Virus record (IMG/VR): IMGVR_UViG_3300017917_004176
Coordinates: 1-64,000 of that record
Reading direction: 5' to 3' (one strand)
DNA: 64,000 nt
Source: a virus
Shown here: piece after piece, positions 16,078-26,197 of the stretch
Position numbering within the stretch: the first letter of the stretch is position 1
Layout of the letters: every line of letters starts with the position of its first letter
Notes under the pieces: model-generated
Databases searched by the model: none
Told to the model about the DNA's origin: nothing
What the model saw: only the letters and a program-made list of their open reading frames with translations
Program-made: the position numbers and the translations under genes

Positions 16078-16368
16078 ATGAATAAATATCGAGTATATCT
16101 ATGGTTCGACGAATATAAACGAATGAACGCAAACGAACTTCTCAACTATGCGGCGAACGCTGTTCGTTCCAAAGATGCAGAAGAGTTAGAGTACGACTTG
16201 GTTGAAGAAGGTTTATATAAAATAACCTTTAAGTTCAAGTTCGAAATCGAAACTGATAATATGTTTGGTGCATTCCAAAGTCTATCCCAGCACCTAGATA
16301 GCGCGACACGCATGCAAATTGTAAAGGTAAAAGATGATGAGAAATCCATGGAAGAAGTTTCGCAATGA
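16078..16368 (+). CDS. hypothetical protein
   Basis: ORF with RBS. Confidence 0.6.
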   Translation: MNKYRVYLWFDEYKRMNANELLNYAANAVRSKDAEELEYDLVEEGLYKITFKFKFEIETDNMFGAFQSLSQHLDSATRMQIVKVKDDEKSMEEVSQ

Positions 16369-16569
16369 GTGGGCGATAAAGCCAGTGACGAAAATAAAAG
16401 AAAGTAAAAAGATTTACAATAGAAAGAAAGAGAAGAGGGTGGCGGCCGAATGATGGGAACTCTGTTTGTTTGGGTTCTGGCTCTCGGACTTTGGTTCGTT
16501 GTGGCCCCACTCTTCTTGTTGCTTTTAATTATTATATATAATTTAACTAAAAAATAAATAGGTGTTCTT

Positions 16570-16737
16570 ATGAAAAGACAATGTGATGTTTGCGGCGAAA
16601 CTCATGGGTTTGAGAACTGGTGGTCTTTGCGCAGCCTAGAAACTAGAAAGGTTGTTGTTGAAGGTCATAGAAAATGTGTGGATAAGTTCAAGGAAGATTA
16701 TCAGAACAATCCACCTAAAAGGGGGAAACACAAATGA
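16570..16737 (+). CDS. 55-aa CxxC/HxxC protein
   Basis: AGGTG RBS; MKRQCDVCG...GHRKC. Confidence 0.55.
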   Translation: MKRQCDVCGETHGFENWWSLRSLETRKVVVEGHRKCVDKFKEDYQNNPPKRGKHK

Positions 16738-16946
16738 GTTATATCCAAGAAGGTATAATTTATGCTACACAAAAATATAAGAGTTCTAGAATGCTACATT
16801 ATTCTTTGGCGGCATTAGAAACAGAATATATGATGGCTATTTTAGAAGAAGAATATGAAAATCATTTAAAGGAGTGCTACTTGAATGGCTGGGAACCTCA
16901 ATGCGTAGTTGATTTCCTAGTCGGGAGAGTGGCGAAATGTTTATAG
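16734..16946 (+). CDS. hypothetical protein
   Basis: ATGA overlap, GGGGG RBS. Confidence 0.55.
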   Translation: MSYIQEGIIYATQKYKSSRMLHYSLAALETEYMMAILEEEYENHLKECYLNGWEPQCVVDFLVGRVAKCL

Positions 16947-17575
16947 TTATAACTGCTATTATGATACTTGTTAATATAATTATAAAGATGTGGCATAAGA
17001 AATTTGAAATTCTGGCGCTCACATCTTTTATTTTTATATTTTCAAATCTATCAGAGCTGAATTCTTGGGTTGGTGTTAGATATGATAATGATGGTGTTGT
17101 AATAGCACAAGAACTAACACCAAGAGATAGTATAACAAGAGAAAAAAATTTAGGTATATATGCTTCTGGTTTTTGCGATACTGATCTTGAATGTAAGATT
17201 ATAGACATAGCCAACTATGCATACTGGGGTGGGTTTCGAGGAAACACTTTAAATGAGGCGATAGCAGTTGCGTTAGCAGAATCAGCTGGCGACCCCAAGG
17301 CAGTAAATGTAAATAAAAATAAATCTCGCGATATTGGGCTCTGGCAAATTAATACTTCTGCACATAAGTGGGCAAAAGAAAAAGATTTATATCAACCTTA
17401 TTATAATGCGCACGCAGCCTTTAAGATTTATAAATCTAGCGGCTGGCGTGCTTGGTATGCCCATACTCCTCTTCGTGGAAAATATGGCTCAAATCCAAGA
17501 TATATATACTATAAAAAAATTGTGGATAAATATATGAAAGAATTGACATTCAATCCATATCTTGATAAAAAATAA
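16937..17575 (+). CDS. membrane-anchored lytic transglycosylase (SLT-like)
   Basis: AVALAES, DIGLWQIN, NAHAA...GWRAW motifs. Confidence 0.8.
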   Translation: MFIVITAIMILVNIIIKMWHKKFEILALTSFIFIFSNLSELNSWVGVRYDNDGVVIAQELTPRDSITREKNLGIYASGFCDTDLECKIIDIANYAYWGGFRGNTLNEAIAVALAESAGDPKAVNVNKNKSRDIGLWQINTSAHKWAKEKDLYQPYYNAHAAFKIYKSSGWRAWYAHTPLRGKYGSNPRYIYYKKIVDKYMKELTFNPYLDKK

Positions 17576-17622
17576 AAAATATGTTATAATTATTATATAA
17601 GATAAAATTGGAGGTTTTGTTT

Positions 17623-18096
17623 ATGACATATGATTATATGACACTGCGTAGGCAACAGCCCTACATCTTCAAAGATTTTCAGGATATGGGTATAGACCAA
17701 ATCTATTTTCAAAGGTTAGAAGAATTAGTAGAAGACAAGGAGTGGTTTACAATGAATACACAAGAGAGAGTAAAGTTTCTAATGGAGAATGTCCAAGGGT
17801 GCGATGAGAAGTTTGCCAAAGTATTGGCTGACTTTGATTTAACTTCCAAACAATTTATTCCAACAAAAAAAACTGAAACTAATTGGGGACCTAAGCTAAA
17901 AGATACACAAGAGTTAAATAAAGTAGCACTTATTATAAAAGAGAAGTTTGGCAAAGAGCCATTTAAGTCTAGGGACTTATCTACTCATATTAACTTTTTA
18001 AGTTCTGCCCAGTTACCTTCTCGTCTTCGTAAACTGGTCGAGTCAAATGCGCTTGTCGATTTAGGTGGCTCGCCAAAGAGCTATCAATTAAAATAG
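17623..18096 (+). CDS. protein with C-terminal winged-helix domain
   Basis: F.S.DL...LPSRLRKLVE.......GGSPKSY. Confidence 0.6.
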   Translation: MTYDYMTLRRQQPYIFKDFQDMGIDQIYFQRLEELVEDKEWFTMNTQERVKFLMENVQGCDEKFAKVLADFDLTSKQFIPTKKTETNWGPKLKDTQELNKVALIIKEKFGKEPFKSRDLSTHINFLSSAQLPSRLRKLVESNALVDLGGSPKSYQLK

Positions 18097-18195
18097 GAGG
18101 TACTTAATGGGTTGGGGTGAACTAATTGCCTGTTTAGTAGTATTTATAATTATAATTTGGATTGGAAAAATACCAAATCGTTAGGAGGCGTTAAT

Positions 18196-18360
18196 ATGTT
18201 CGACTGGATAAATGTTCAGCCGTGGTTGTTTTGGTTTCTAGTTGGTGGGTTAACGCTTTCCATCATTATGGAAATTGTTTATTATTTCAGAATACAAAAA
18301 ATCAAACGAGTGCTACAAGCATTTCTCGGCATAGAGTTTGAGAAAGGGGACGACGAATGA
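18196..18360 (+). CDS. small membrane protein
   Basis: AGGAGG RBS, one TM segment. Confidence 0.55.
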   Translation: MFDWINVQPWLFWFLVGGLTLSIIMEIVYYFRIQKIKRVLQAFLGIEFEKGDDE

Positions 18361-18511
18361 AAAAAATGATTTATGAAGGAGTAGTTATTTCTTCTGTGAT
18401 AATGACCATTCTAGTTCTTTTGCTTAATGGTTTTTATCTTTTAACTCGATAAAGCAAAGTCTTGACGGCTTTGCTTTTTTCTTTTATAATTAAATTATGG
18501 GGTGATTTTAT

Positions 18512-19429
18512 ATGACAAAAATTATACATGGTTATGCTTGTGTTTCTGAGTTGAATCCAACTATAAAAACAGGCTCTACATCAACACTAACTTATATCAA
18601 TAGACAAGACGCATCTACTCGCGGCTCTTATTTGCAAACAAAAGCACAAGCAAATATTACTAACTTGCGCAAACTATTGCTCAAAAACTTCGACAATAAC
18701 TTGCTCGCTTATCGCTTACCTGACGACTTTATGCCAATGGCAGACTTGGGTTATTATGACTGGAAATCTTTATACTCTTCTCAGCTTGCAGACATAGGCT
18801 CTCTAATCAATGCTTATGATATGCGCATCTCGTTTCATCCTTCGCAATTCTTTGTGCTTAATTCTGCACAAGACCACACAGTTCAATCTACTATACACAA
18901 CCTCAACATATTCGCAGATATTCTTGCCTCATTCAAAGTTGACCATACACCTACTCTTTTACTTCATGTTGGTGCACTCAACTCTTATCGTAATTGGCAA
19001 GAAGCATCTGACGCTTTTTGTGCTAATTATCAAAAGTTAAATGACAATGCCAAAAAATTTCTTGCAGTAGAAAATGACCAAACTTCTCATAGTACTCAGT
19101 CTTGTCTTCGTATCCACGAACAAATTGGCATCCCAGTAGTTTTTGATAATGAGCATTACAAGTTTAATCCAACACCAAATCTTTCTTTTGATGATGCTCT
19201 TGCTGCGTCTCTCGCAACTTGGAAAGACCGAACTCCCAAAGTTCATCTTTCATCTCATAAAGAAGGTTCAACTCGTCATGCCCATGCAGACTGGTTGCTA
19301 CCACAAGATTATCTACAAGTTTATAATATAGTATCACAATCTGCACACAAAGAAGTAATCATTATGTCCGAAGTAAAAAAGAAGGACGCTGCAGTTGTAA
19401 AATTACTTGATGATTTGAAAAAATTATGA
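18512..19429 (+). CDS. uvsE: UV DNA damage endonuclease
   Basis: RISFHPSQF.VLNS, LAVEND, IPVVFD.EH, PKVHLS, HAD, E.K.KD motifs. Confidence 0.85.
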   Translation: MTKIIHGYACVSELNPTIKTGSTSTLTYINRQDASTRGSYLQTKAQANITNLRKLLLKNFDNNLLAYRLPDDFMPMADLGYYDWKSLYSSQLADIGSLINAYDMRISFHPSQFFVLNSAQDHTVQSTIHNLNIFADILASFKVDHTPTLLLHVGALNSYRNWQEASDAFCANYQKLNDNAKKFLAVENDQTSHSTQSCLRIHEQIGIPVVFDNEHYKFNPTPNLSFDDALAASLATWKDRTPKVHLSSHKEGSTRHAHADWLLPQDYLQVYNIVSQSAHKEVIIMSEVKKKDAAVVKLLDDLKKL

Positions 19430-19478
19430 TATAATTATTATAGATAAAAAAATAAATTAAATTAGGAGTGTGTTAATT

Positions 19479-20615
19479 ATGGACCAAAAACTATTAGATA
19501 TTTTTTCAAAGACACTAGATGTATCTACCGCCGAGTATGTCCAGACCATTCTCGAGAATTATTTTAAGGAGTTAAAAGAAGACCCAGCCAAATACAATGT
19601 TCAAGTTGGCTCTCTATCTTTAATGGCTTCAAATACTAAAAGCCTGCCAATCTATATGATGTCATTAAATCCAGAAACTAAAAAAGAATATATGAAAATA
19701 TTGCTTGAAGCAGATATAGATTATATTATGTCTTTTAGTCTTTCAAAAGAAAGACATCATTTATACAAAGACTTTTTAACATGCGCCGTTCTTTTTGGGG
19801 ATATTGAAAACATGGTTGAAAAAATCGTTGACGATTTTAATAAAAAGTTTATTATCTATAAAGATGGTGGCTCTTACACCGCGACACAGTATGTTTCTCC
19901 ATCTACTTTTGAAACAATAATCAATTCTTATATTTCAGGCAACTTGGCAAATACTCTTTTCAATTCATTTACTTATGACGATGCAAGCACTTTAATAAAA
20001 TATGTGCAAGATAATTATGTTACTAAAAAGACTATTATGACACTTTTGTCTTTGCCATTTATAAACATCATGAATGTGCCAATAAAATACTCTTCAACAT
20101 TTTTGGACTTAGTAGAGATGGGTTATTTTAAGACCTCAGAAAACATGTATGGAAAGCCTGTGTTCCCTGGCTCATATTCAAGGTCATATGTTGTAGATAA
20201 ATTAAAAGATGCAAATCTTTTCTTGACAAAAGATTGTCTTGAATATATACAAAGTAATTCTATTTTATTTGAAGTTTATGATTTTGTCACAGCATTTCAA
20301 ATTAAAGACTATGATGCATTTCAATATATGAATGACAATGTATTGACTGTATTTAGACATTCAGGAAGTCAATCTTCATTATCTGAATTTATCAAAACAG
20401 AAGATGATTTTAGAAAAATAGGAAATTTGCATTTCTATATTACACCAGATGTTCTTAAAAGTTCTATCGAGATTATAAAACAAAATCCACAATTAATTAA
20501 AGAGTATGCTGGCAAAATATTTCCTGTGCAATCTTACTATAATGAAATTGCATTTGATAACTTAAATACAATTCAATCACATATTAAACTTAAAGATTTT
20601 TTAAGAATAATTTAG
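19479..20615 (+). CDS. hypothetical protein
   Basis: long ORF, promoter and AGGAG RBS. Confidence 0.75.
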   Translation: MDQKLLDIFSKTLDVSTAEYVQTILENYFKELKEDPAKYNVQVGSLSLMASNTKSLPIYMMSLNPETKKEYMKILLEADIDYIMSFSLSKERHHLYKDFLTCAVLFGDIENMVEKIVDDFNKKFIIYKDGGSYTATQYVSPSTFETIINSYISGNLANTLFNSFTYDDASTLIKYVQDNYVTKKTIMTLLSLPFINIMNVPIKYSSTFLDLVEMGYFKTSENMYGKPVFPGSYSRSYVVDKLKDANLFLTKDCLEYIQSNSILFEVYDFVTAFQIKDYDAFQYMNDNVLTVFRHSGSQSSLSEFIKTEDDFRKIGNLHFYITPDVLKSSIEIIKQNPQLIKEYAGKIFPVQSYYNEIAFDNLNTIQSHIKLKDFLRII

Positions 20616-20627
20616 GGAGGGGCTTAT

Positions 20628-21812
20628 ATGTTCAAATCAAAAGAAGAATACATTCAAACTATTGGCGAGATGTTAAGCCAAATAAATACAAGAGAAATAG
20701 AAAAACTTATTTTGTCCTCAGCAGATGCTGATAGCATAGATATAAAATTTCATCTGAATGCTTGGGCTGGTAATAAGGCTCATTTATATCGTATGTTTGG
20801 TAATAAGTTTAGAATAGAACAAGAAGTAGATAATAATGTACCAGAGTCAGAGTTTAGAAATGATTTTGATATTTTTGAAAGAAATTATTTGGCAGCTGAG
20901 CCACGAGCAATTTTACTTCATTATTTCTTAAAATCATTTGTTAATAAAGACGAGATGATTAAAAATGAAATTTCTAGGGATATTGTGTTATATGGACTTA
21001 AGCTTCAAACAGGTACAAAAATATCTCGTATTATGTCTAAATTATTACCAGCAGATTTAATAGATAAAACTCAAACTGCATACTCTATGTTTCTACAAAA
21101 GTTTAATGGTAAAGGCAAAGCAATAATTTCTATTCACCCAATAGACTATCTTACTATGTCTGAAAATACATCAGGTTGGCGTTCATGCCATGCGCTTGAT
21201 GGTGAATATCGCGCAGGTACATTGGCATATATGATGGACACAACTTCTACAATTGCGTATGTTACTAATAGTAAGTTTGATAAGAGTTATGTTGAGTGGC
21301 AAGATGGCACTAGAAAAGTTGCTAAAATGTCTATCGACAATAAGAGTTGGAGACAAGTCGTTTTATTTAAGGCTCCTAGATTTGAAGAGTATTTAGAGCA
21401 TTCTGTTCCATTTGCTGTTCAATCAAGACAATATCCAGCTATTATAAATAGTTATTCAAATGCTGTTTCAAAATTAATTGAAGATGTTATGTCCTCTAAT
21501 CTTGGAGATACATATTCTGTTCGCAAAAAACTTTCTGTTTCATTTTTACAAGAATTGGTTGAGAATGAAGACGGCGCAGTTTGGTATAATGATATTTATC
21601 ATGGTTCATTTGATTATGGTCGAGCAGTATATCAAACATCAAAATATAATAGTACAGAAGACCTTGCTCGAGATAATAAATTTTCTACTGCCATAGTTGG
21701 TTATGAAGGCATACCTTGTGTTTGTGGCTGTCGCTCAGCTATTGATGAAGGAGATACACTTTTAGGTTATGGTCATCGTGATGAGGATTATTGGGATGAA
21801 GACGAGGATTAA
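20628..21812 (+). CDS. conserved phage protein, SIHP.DYLTMS..GWRSCH family (paralogue 1)
   Basis: shared motif block with 22950. Confidence 0.75.
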   Translation: MFKSKEEYIQTIGEMLSQINTREIEKLILSSADADSIDIKFHLNAWAGNKAHLYRMFGNKFRIEQEVDNNVPESEFRNDFDIFERNYLAAEPRAILLHYFLKSFVNKDEMIKNEISRDIVLYGLKLQTGTKISRIMSKLLPADLIDKTQTAYSMFLQKFNGKGKAIISIHPIDYLTMSENTSGWRSCHALDGEYRAGTLAYMMDTTSTIAYVTNSKFDKSYVEWQDGTRKVAKMSIDNKSWRQVVLFKAPRFEEYLEHSVPFAVQSRQYPAIINSYSNAVSKLIEDVMSSNLGDTYSVRKKLSVSFLQELVENEDGAVWYNDIYHGSFDYGRAVYQTSKYNSTEDLARDNKFSTAIVGYEGIPCVCGCRSAIDEGDTLLGYGHRDEDYWDEDED

Positions 21813-21830
21813 GAAAAGGAGATGTTTTTA

Positions 21831-22940
21831 ATGGTAAATGTAGAATTATTAAAATCTATATTAGTCTTAACACAAGAAGAGTTGCACGATTTCTTGGTTG
21901 ACTTTTTATTAGAATATTATGAAGAAAATAATATGGTTGAGCATCGAGGTAATTTTATATATGTAAAAGGCGAAATCCCTGTTCTTATGGTTGCTCATCT
22001 TGATACAGTTCATACTCATCCACCTGTTTATGATGATATATTTTATGACCAAGATAAACAAGTAATGTGGTCGCCTGATGGTATTGGTGGCGATGATAGA
22101 TGTGGCGTTTATCAGATAATGGAATTGATTTTGTCTGGGTATAGACCTTGTATCGCTTTTACTTGGAACGAAGAAAAGGGTGCTTTGGGTGCTCAGTTCA
22201 TGACAACTAATACAAGATTAACAAGTAAGATAGACCATACTTATATAAACTTTGCTATTCAAATTGACCGACGTGGTTTCAAAGAAGCAGTATATTATGA
22301 TTTAGATAGTCCAGAGTTTGAGCGATATATTTCTGGTTTTGGTTTCGATACAAAGATAGGTAGTTATAGTGATATATCTGAGATATGTCCCGAGTGGGGT
22401 TTTGCTGGTGTCAATGTATCTGCTGGCTATGTTGGTGAGCATACTCTTCAAGAATTAATTTTAATTTATGCTATTGAAGACACTCTTGATAAAGTCAAAA
22501 TGATTTTAGGCGACCAAATGATGAACCCTAAGTTTTATGAATATAAAGAAAAGAAAAGAGCTTTCGCTTATAGCAAATATTCTGGCTATGATTATTATGG
22601 ATATGATGATTATGTGAGTAAATATGAAGATGAAAATAATTATTACTATGACTATAATAAAACAACAGGTCTTCATTACCATAAGAAAAAGCCTTCAAAG
22701 TTTGACCAATCATTTTGTGACACCTGTTATGAATTAAAAAAATATCCAAATGAGTTCTCAACAAAAAAAGATTTTGAAGGAACTTGTTTGGATTGCTATA
22801 AAGCACTTTCTGAAAAAGAAGAGGGTATGTATTATTGTGCTTGCTGTGCAAAATCTTATGAAGCTAAGAACCCAGAGCAAAATCTTTTCTGTTCTGATGA
22901 GTGTAAAAAAACATTTTATGCAAAAGTAATAAAAAGTTAG
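21831..22940 (+). CDS. M28/M20-clan Zn peptidase with C-terminal Cys-rich domain
   Basis: AHLDTV, GGDDRCG, NEE, SD, GY..EH motifs. Confidence 0.75.
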   Translation: MVNVELLKSILVLTQEELHDFLVDFLLEYYEENNMVEHRGNFIYVKGEIPVLMVAHLDTVHTHPPVYDDIFYDQDKQVMWSPDGIGGDDRCGVYQIMELILSGYRPCIAFTWNEEKGALGAQFMTTNTRLTSKIDHTYINFAIQIDRRGFKEAVYYDLDSPEFERYISGFGFDTKIGSYSDISEICPEWGFAGVNVSAGYVGEHTLQELILIYAIEDTLDKVKMILGDQMMNPKFYEYKEKKRAFAYSKYSGYDYYGYDDYVSKYEDENNYYYDYNKTTGLHYHKKKPSKFDQSFCDTCYELKKYPNEFSTKKDFEGTCLDCYKALSEKEEGMYYCACCAKSYEAKNPEQNLFCSDECKKTFYAKVIKS

Positions 22941-22949
22941 AGGTGTAGT

Positions 22950-24239
22950 ATGAAAGACATAGATAAACTTGAAGTTGATATTATACGAACCATAGGTAAA
23001 AATACTTACACTTCTATGCCCTATTTCGATATTGAAATCTATAAAAAGAAAAAGGGGGAGTTCTATCAAGACTTTGGTGGTAATTATTGGATAGAGAAAA
23101 AAGATGTTCATGTAGAAAGAGATGCTCAATATTTAGAGGAAAGATATAATGTTTTTATTAAGAAACTAAGGATGCGCTCTACAACAACAGACTTAGCAAA
23201 CTTTATTGAGGCGAACGGTATTACAGGTTTTTATAATAATTTTGTTTCTATCACAGAGGCGTCTTTTAGAGATGAGAAAGTAGTCTTTCGTCGTGGCACC
23301 AAGCTATCCAAAGTCTTTAAGTCTTTAATAGGAGATTCTCAATATCTGTTTGAAGAGTCTCTTGAAGATATAAGAAATGAATATTCTGCTATTATAGGAC
23401 AAAAATCTATAACAGGTAATTTAAGAATATCAATCCACCCATACGATTATTTAACTATGTCTGAAAATAATAATGGGTGGAGGTCTTGCCATTCTTTGGA
23501 TGGTGAATATGGCTCTGGCGTGCTTTCATATATGGCAGATAAATGTACTCTTGTAGCATATTTATATACAGAAGACAATACTTCTCTTAGACGAATGCCT
23601 GATGATATTTTGTGGAACTCAAAAAAATGGCGCGCTCTAATTTATATGAATAAACAACGAAATCTAGGAGTAATCTCAAAACACTACCCATATCAATTTG
23701 ATGCTCTTGAAAAGGAAGTTTTAGACTTGCTTAAAACAGTATATCCAGGAGAATGGGAAATGAAAATAGAGCCTAGAAAGAAAATAGAAGAGTATCTTTT
23801 TGATTCTGGTTCTTTACATTTTAATGATATTCTAAAATCAAAACAACATAAAGAAGCTACTACTCTTATAAATCGTAGTAAGTTAGGTCTTGCAGATGTA
23901 ATGTTTGTTGGTGGGCCAGTTATGTGTATTGACTGTGGTAGAAATGAAGTTCATATTCAAGGCAATTATCATTGTATAGATTGTTGTGACTATACTTTCT
24001 GTGATCGCTGCGGGGACACAATATATGAAGACGAGGCATCAATACAAGAAAATGGAGGCATTTACTGTGAAAGCTGTCATTACTATGTAATGAGAGAAGA
24101 AGAGATTGAAGAGTCTGTTGTCTGTGAAGTTTGTGGTTCTGACATACCAGATGAAGAAATTGAACTTATAAGATTTACAACACAAGGGGAAGGTGGGTGG
24201 CGCTTGACTTGTCATTCTTGTCAAACAGGTCAAGTATAA
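22950..24239 (+). CDS. conserved phage protein, SIHP.DYLTMS..GWRSCH family (paralogue 2) with C-terminal CxxC repeats
   Basis: shared motif block with 20628; multiple CxxC. Confidence 0.75.
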   Translation: MKDIDKLEVDIIRTIGKNTYTSMPYFDIEIYKKKKGEFYQDFGGNYWIEKKDVHVERDAQYLEERYNVFIKKLRMRSTTTDLANFIEANGITGFYNNFVSITEASFRDEKVVFRRGTKLSKVFKSLIGDSQYLFEESLEDIRNEYSAIIGQKSITGNLRISIHPYDYLTMSENNNGWRSCHSLDGEYGSGVLSYMADKCTLVAYLYTEDNTSLRRMPDDILWNSKKWRALIYMNKQRNLGVISKHYPYQFDALEKEVLDLLKTVYPGEWEMKIEPRKKIEEYLFDSGSLHFNDILKSKQHKEATTLINRSKLGLADVMFVGGPVMCIDCGRNEVHIQGNYHCIDCCDYTFCDRCGDTIYEDEASIQENGGIYCESCHYYVMREEEIEESVVCEVCGSDIPDEEIELIRFTTQGEGGWRLTCHSCQTGQV

Positions 24240-24240
24240 T

Positions 24241-25089
24241 ATGATAAAAGCAGATGTTTATTTTTTTGAAAATATGAAAAAATTACTAGATACAAAAAAT
24301 GTAAATGTTGATGAAAATCCTCGTGCTAGATATGGAGATGGCACACCTGCCTTCTCCCATTTTATCACACAGGTATATGAAGAATATGATATTTCTAAAA
24401 ATGAATTTCCTCTAATTACATTAAGAAAAATTCCTGTTCAGTCTTCTATAAAAGAAATCTTCTGGATATATCAAGACCAAACTTCTGACTTAGAAGTACT
24501 GGAAAAAAAATATGGAGTTACTTGGTGGAGAGAGTGGGAGTCAAAGAGTGTACCTGGCACAATAGGAAATAGATATGGTCATAGCGTAAAAAAGTTTGAC
24601 CAAATAAATAAACTTATTTCTGAATTAAAAACAAATGCTTATAGTCGTAGACATATTATATCTCTTTGGGATATGGATAGTTTTTCTGAAACAGATGGTT
24701 TACTACCTTGCGCTTATGAAACTATATGGTCTGTTCGCAATGTTAAAGGCACTAAATATTTAGATGCAACTTTAATACAAAGAAGTTCTGATTATTTGGT
24801 TGCTAATCATGTAAATAAAATTCAATATGTTGCTCTACAAATGATGCTTGCTCATGTTTGTGACATGAAGCCAGGAAAGTTTGTACACTTTGTTCAAAAC
24901 TTACATATATATAATAAGCATAGATTAGGTGGATCTGAATTAATGAGACGCACTCCCGCTTCTCAACAACCTATTCTAAAACTAAAGCCCGATACACCAA
25001 AAGATTTTTATCAAATAGGTATTGACAATTTTGAATTATTGTGTTATAATATAGAATATCCCCGAATAAAATTCGATTTAGCCATATAG
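24241..25089 (+). CDS. thyA: thymidylate synthase (Bacillus ThyA/ThyP3 type)
   Basis: SRRHIISLW, LLPCAY, QRSSD, NLHIY. Confidence 0.92.
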   Translation: MIKADVYFFENMKKLLDTKNVNVDENPRARYGDGTPAFSHFITQVYEEYDISKNEFPLITLRKIPVQSSIKEIFWIYQDQTSDLEVLEKKYGVTWWREWESKSVPGTIGNRYGHSVKKFDQINKLISELKTNAYSRRHIISLWDMDSFSETDGLLPCAYETIWSVRNVKGTKYLDATLIQRSSDYLVANHVNKIQYVALQMMLAHVCDMKPGKFVHFVQNLHIYNKHRLGGSELMRRTPASQQPILKLKPDTPKDFYQIGIDNFELLCYNIEYPRIKFDLAI

Positions 25090-25220
25090 TCGCTAAACGG
25101 TGGAATTTACATCACATATAGGTAAAAAAAGAGTGCTGAAATTTTTCGGGATTGGTTGAAAAAGATTAACCTGAAATTAATAGTTTTCAAATATATAACC
25201 AAAGAAAAGGAGAGTTATTT

Positions 25221-25424
25221 ATGGAGTTACAAATTCAGTCTACAAAAGAAAAGTTAATAGGTGTCTGTAATGAAAGTGGATTGCCTGCAGGAGTTTTAGC
25301 ATTAGTTTTCAAAGATTTATTATTAGAACTTGAAGCTATTGCTGCAAACAATTTACGACAACAAGCTGCAGCCGCACAAGAACAAGCCACTCCGCTGCCT
25401 GAAGGCCCAGAAGTTACTGAGTAG
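25221..25424 (+). CDS. hypothetical protein
   Basis: AGGAG RBS. Confidence 0.6.
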   Translation: MELQIQSTKEKLIGVCNESGLPAGVLALVFKDLLLELEAIAANNLRQQAAAAQEQATPLPEGPEVTE

Positions 25425-25452
25425 TAGAAAATTGTAAAATAGGGTGATTGCC

Positions 25453-25695
25453 ATGTCAAGAAGTTTCAAGATTTCTAACTTCTATTGTATTCAGTGTGCT
25501 AATAAAATCTCTCTTCCAAGGAAAGCTTCTTCTATAAGAGAGAAAGGGCATCTAAAAAAATTACATTGTGTTAAATGTCGATGCGAAGTTAATCATTATG
25601 AAGTTCGCGAATTTGATGTAGATTTTTCATTAGATGATTTTAAGAATAAGATTATAGCAGGAGGCTTTCCAAGTGAGAAAGATATACAAATATAA
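25453..25695 (+). CDS. Zn-ribbon protein (L33-like fold)
   Basis: CIQC...PRK...REKGHLKKLHCVKC. Confidence 0.6.
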   Translation: MSRSFKISNFYCIQCANKISLPRKASSIREKGHLKKLHCVKCRCEVNHYEVREFDVDFSLDDFKNKIIAGGFPSEKDIQI

Positions 25696-26098
25696 TGATG
25701 AAACAAAGGTTTCAGAAGTTATTTTTAGTAAGGGTAAGATTAGAGCAAGGGCTAAATCAAAACCCCATAAAGATGATTTTCAATACGCTAATAAAATAGT
25801 GGGTCTTCAAATCACAGAATTCAAAGCTTTAATGAAATTCTTGTCCAAAAGAGTTTCGTATAAAGAAGCTAAAATACAAAAGTTAAAAAATCAAATCGAA
25901 AGTATAGAAAAAGAAATTGAAGCCGATAAAGCAGAGGTTTCAGAAATTGCAGAAATCTTAAAAGATTATGTTGAAAAGAAGCATGATTTTTATGAGCAAC
26001 TAAGAAATCCTAAGCCTAGAATTCAATGGAAAGAACTAACTGAAGATATGATGAATAAAGACTTTAAAGAAGTTCTTGATGCCCAAGACAAAAAATGA
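25673..26098 (+). CDS. hypothetical coiled-coil protein
   Basis: GGAGG RBS, ORF. Confidence 0.65.
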   Translation: MRKIYKYNDETKVSEVIFSKGKIRARAKSKPHKDDFQYANKIVGLQITEFKALMKFLSKRVSYKEAKIQKLKNQIESIEKEIEADKAEVSEIAEILKDYVEKKHDFYEQLRNPKPRIQWKELTEDMMNKDFKEVLDAQDKK

Positions 26099-26197
26099 TG
26101 TGATATTTTTTATCGCATCTTTTTTTTGTTGACAGCATTCTAGATTTTGTGGTATAATATAAATATAAATACTAGATGTAGTAGGAGATGGAAAAAA

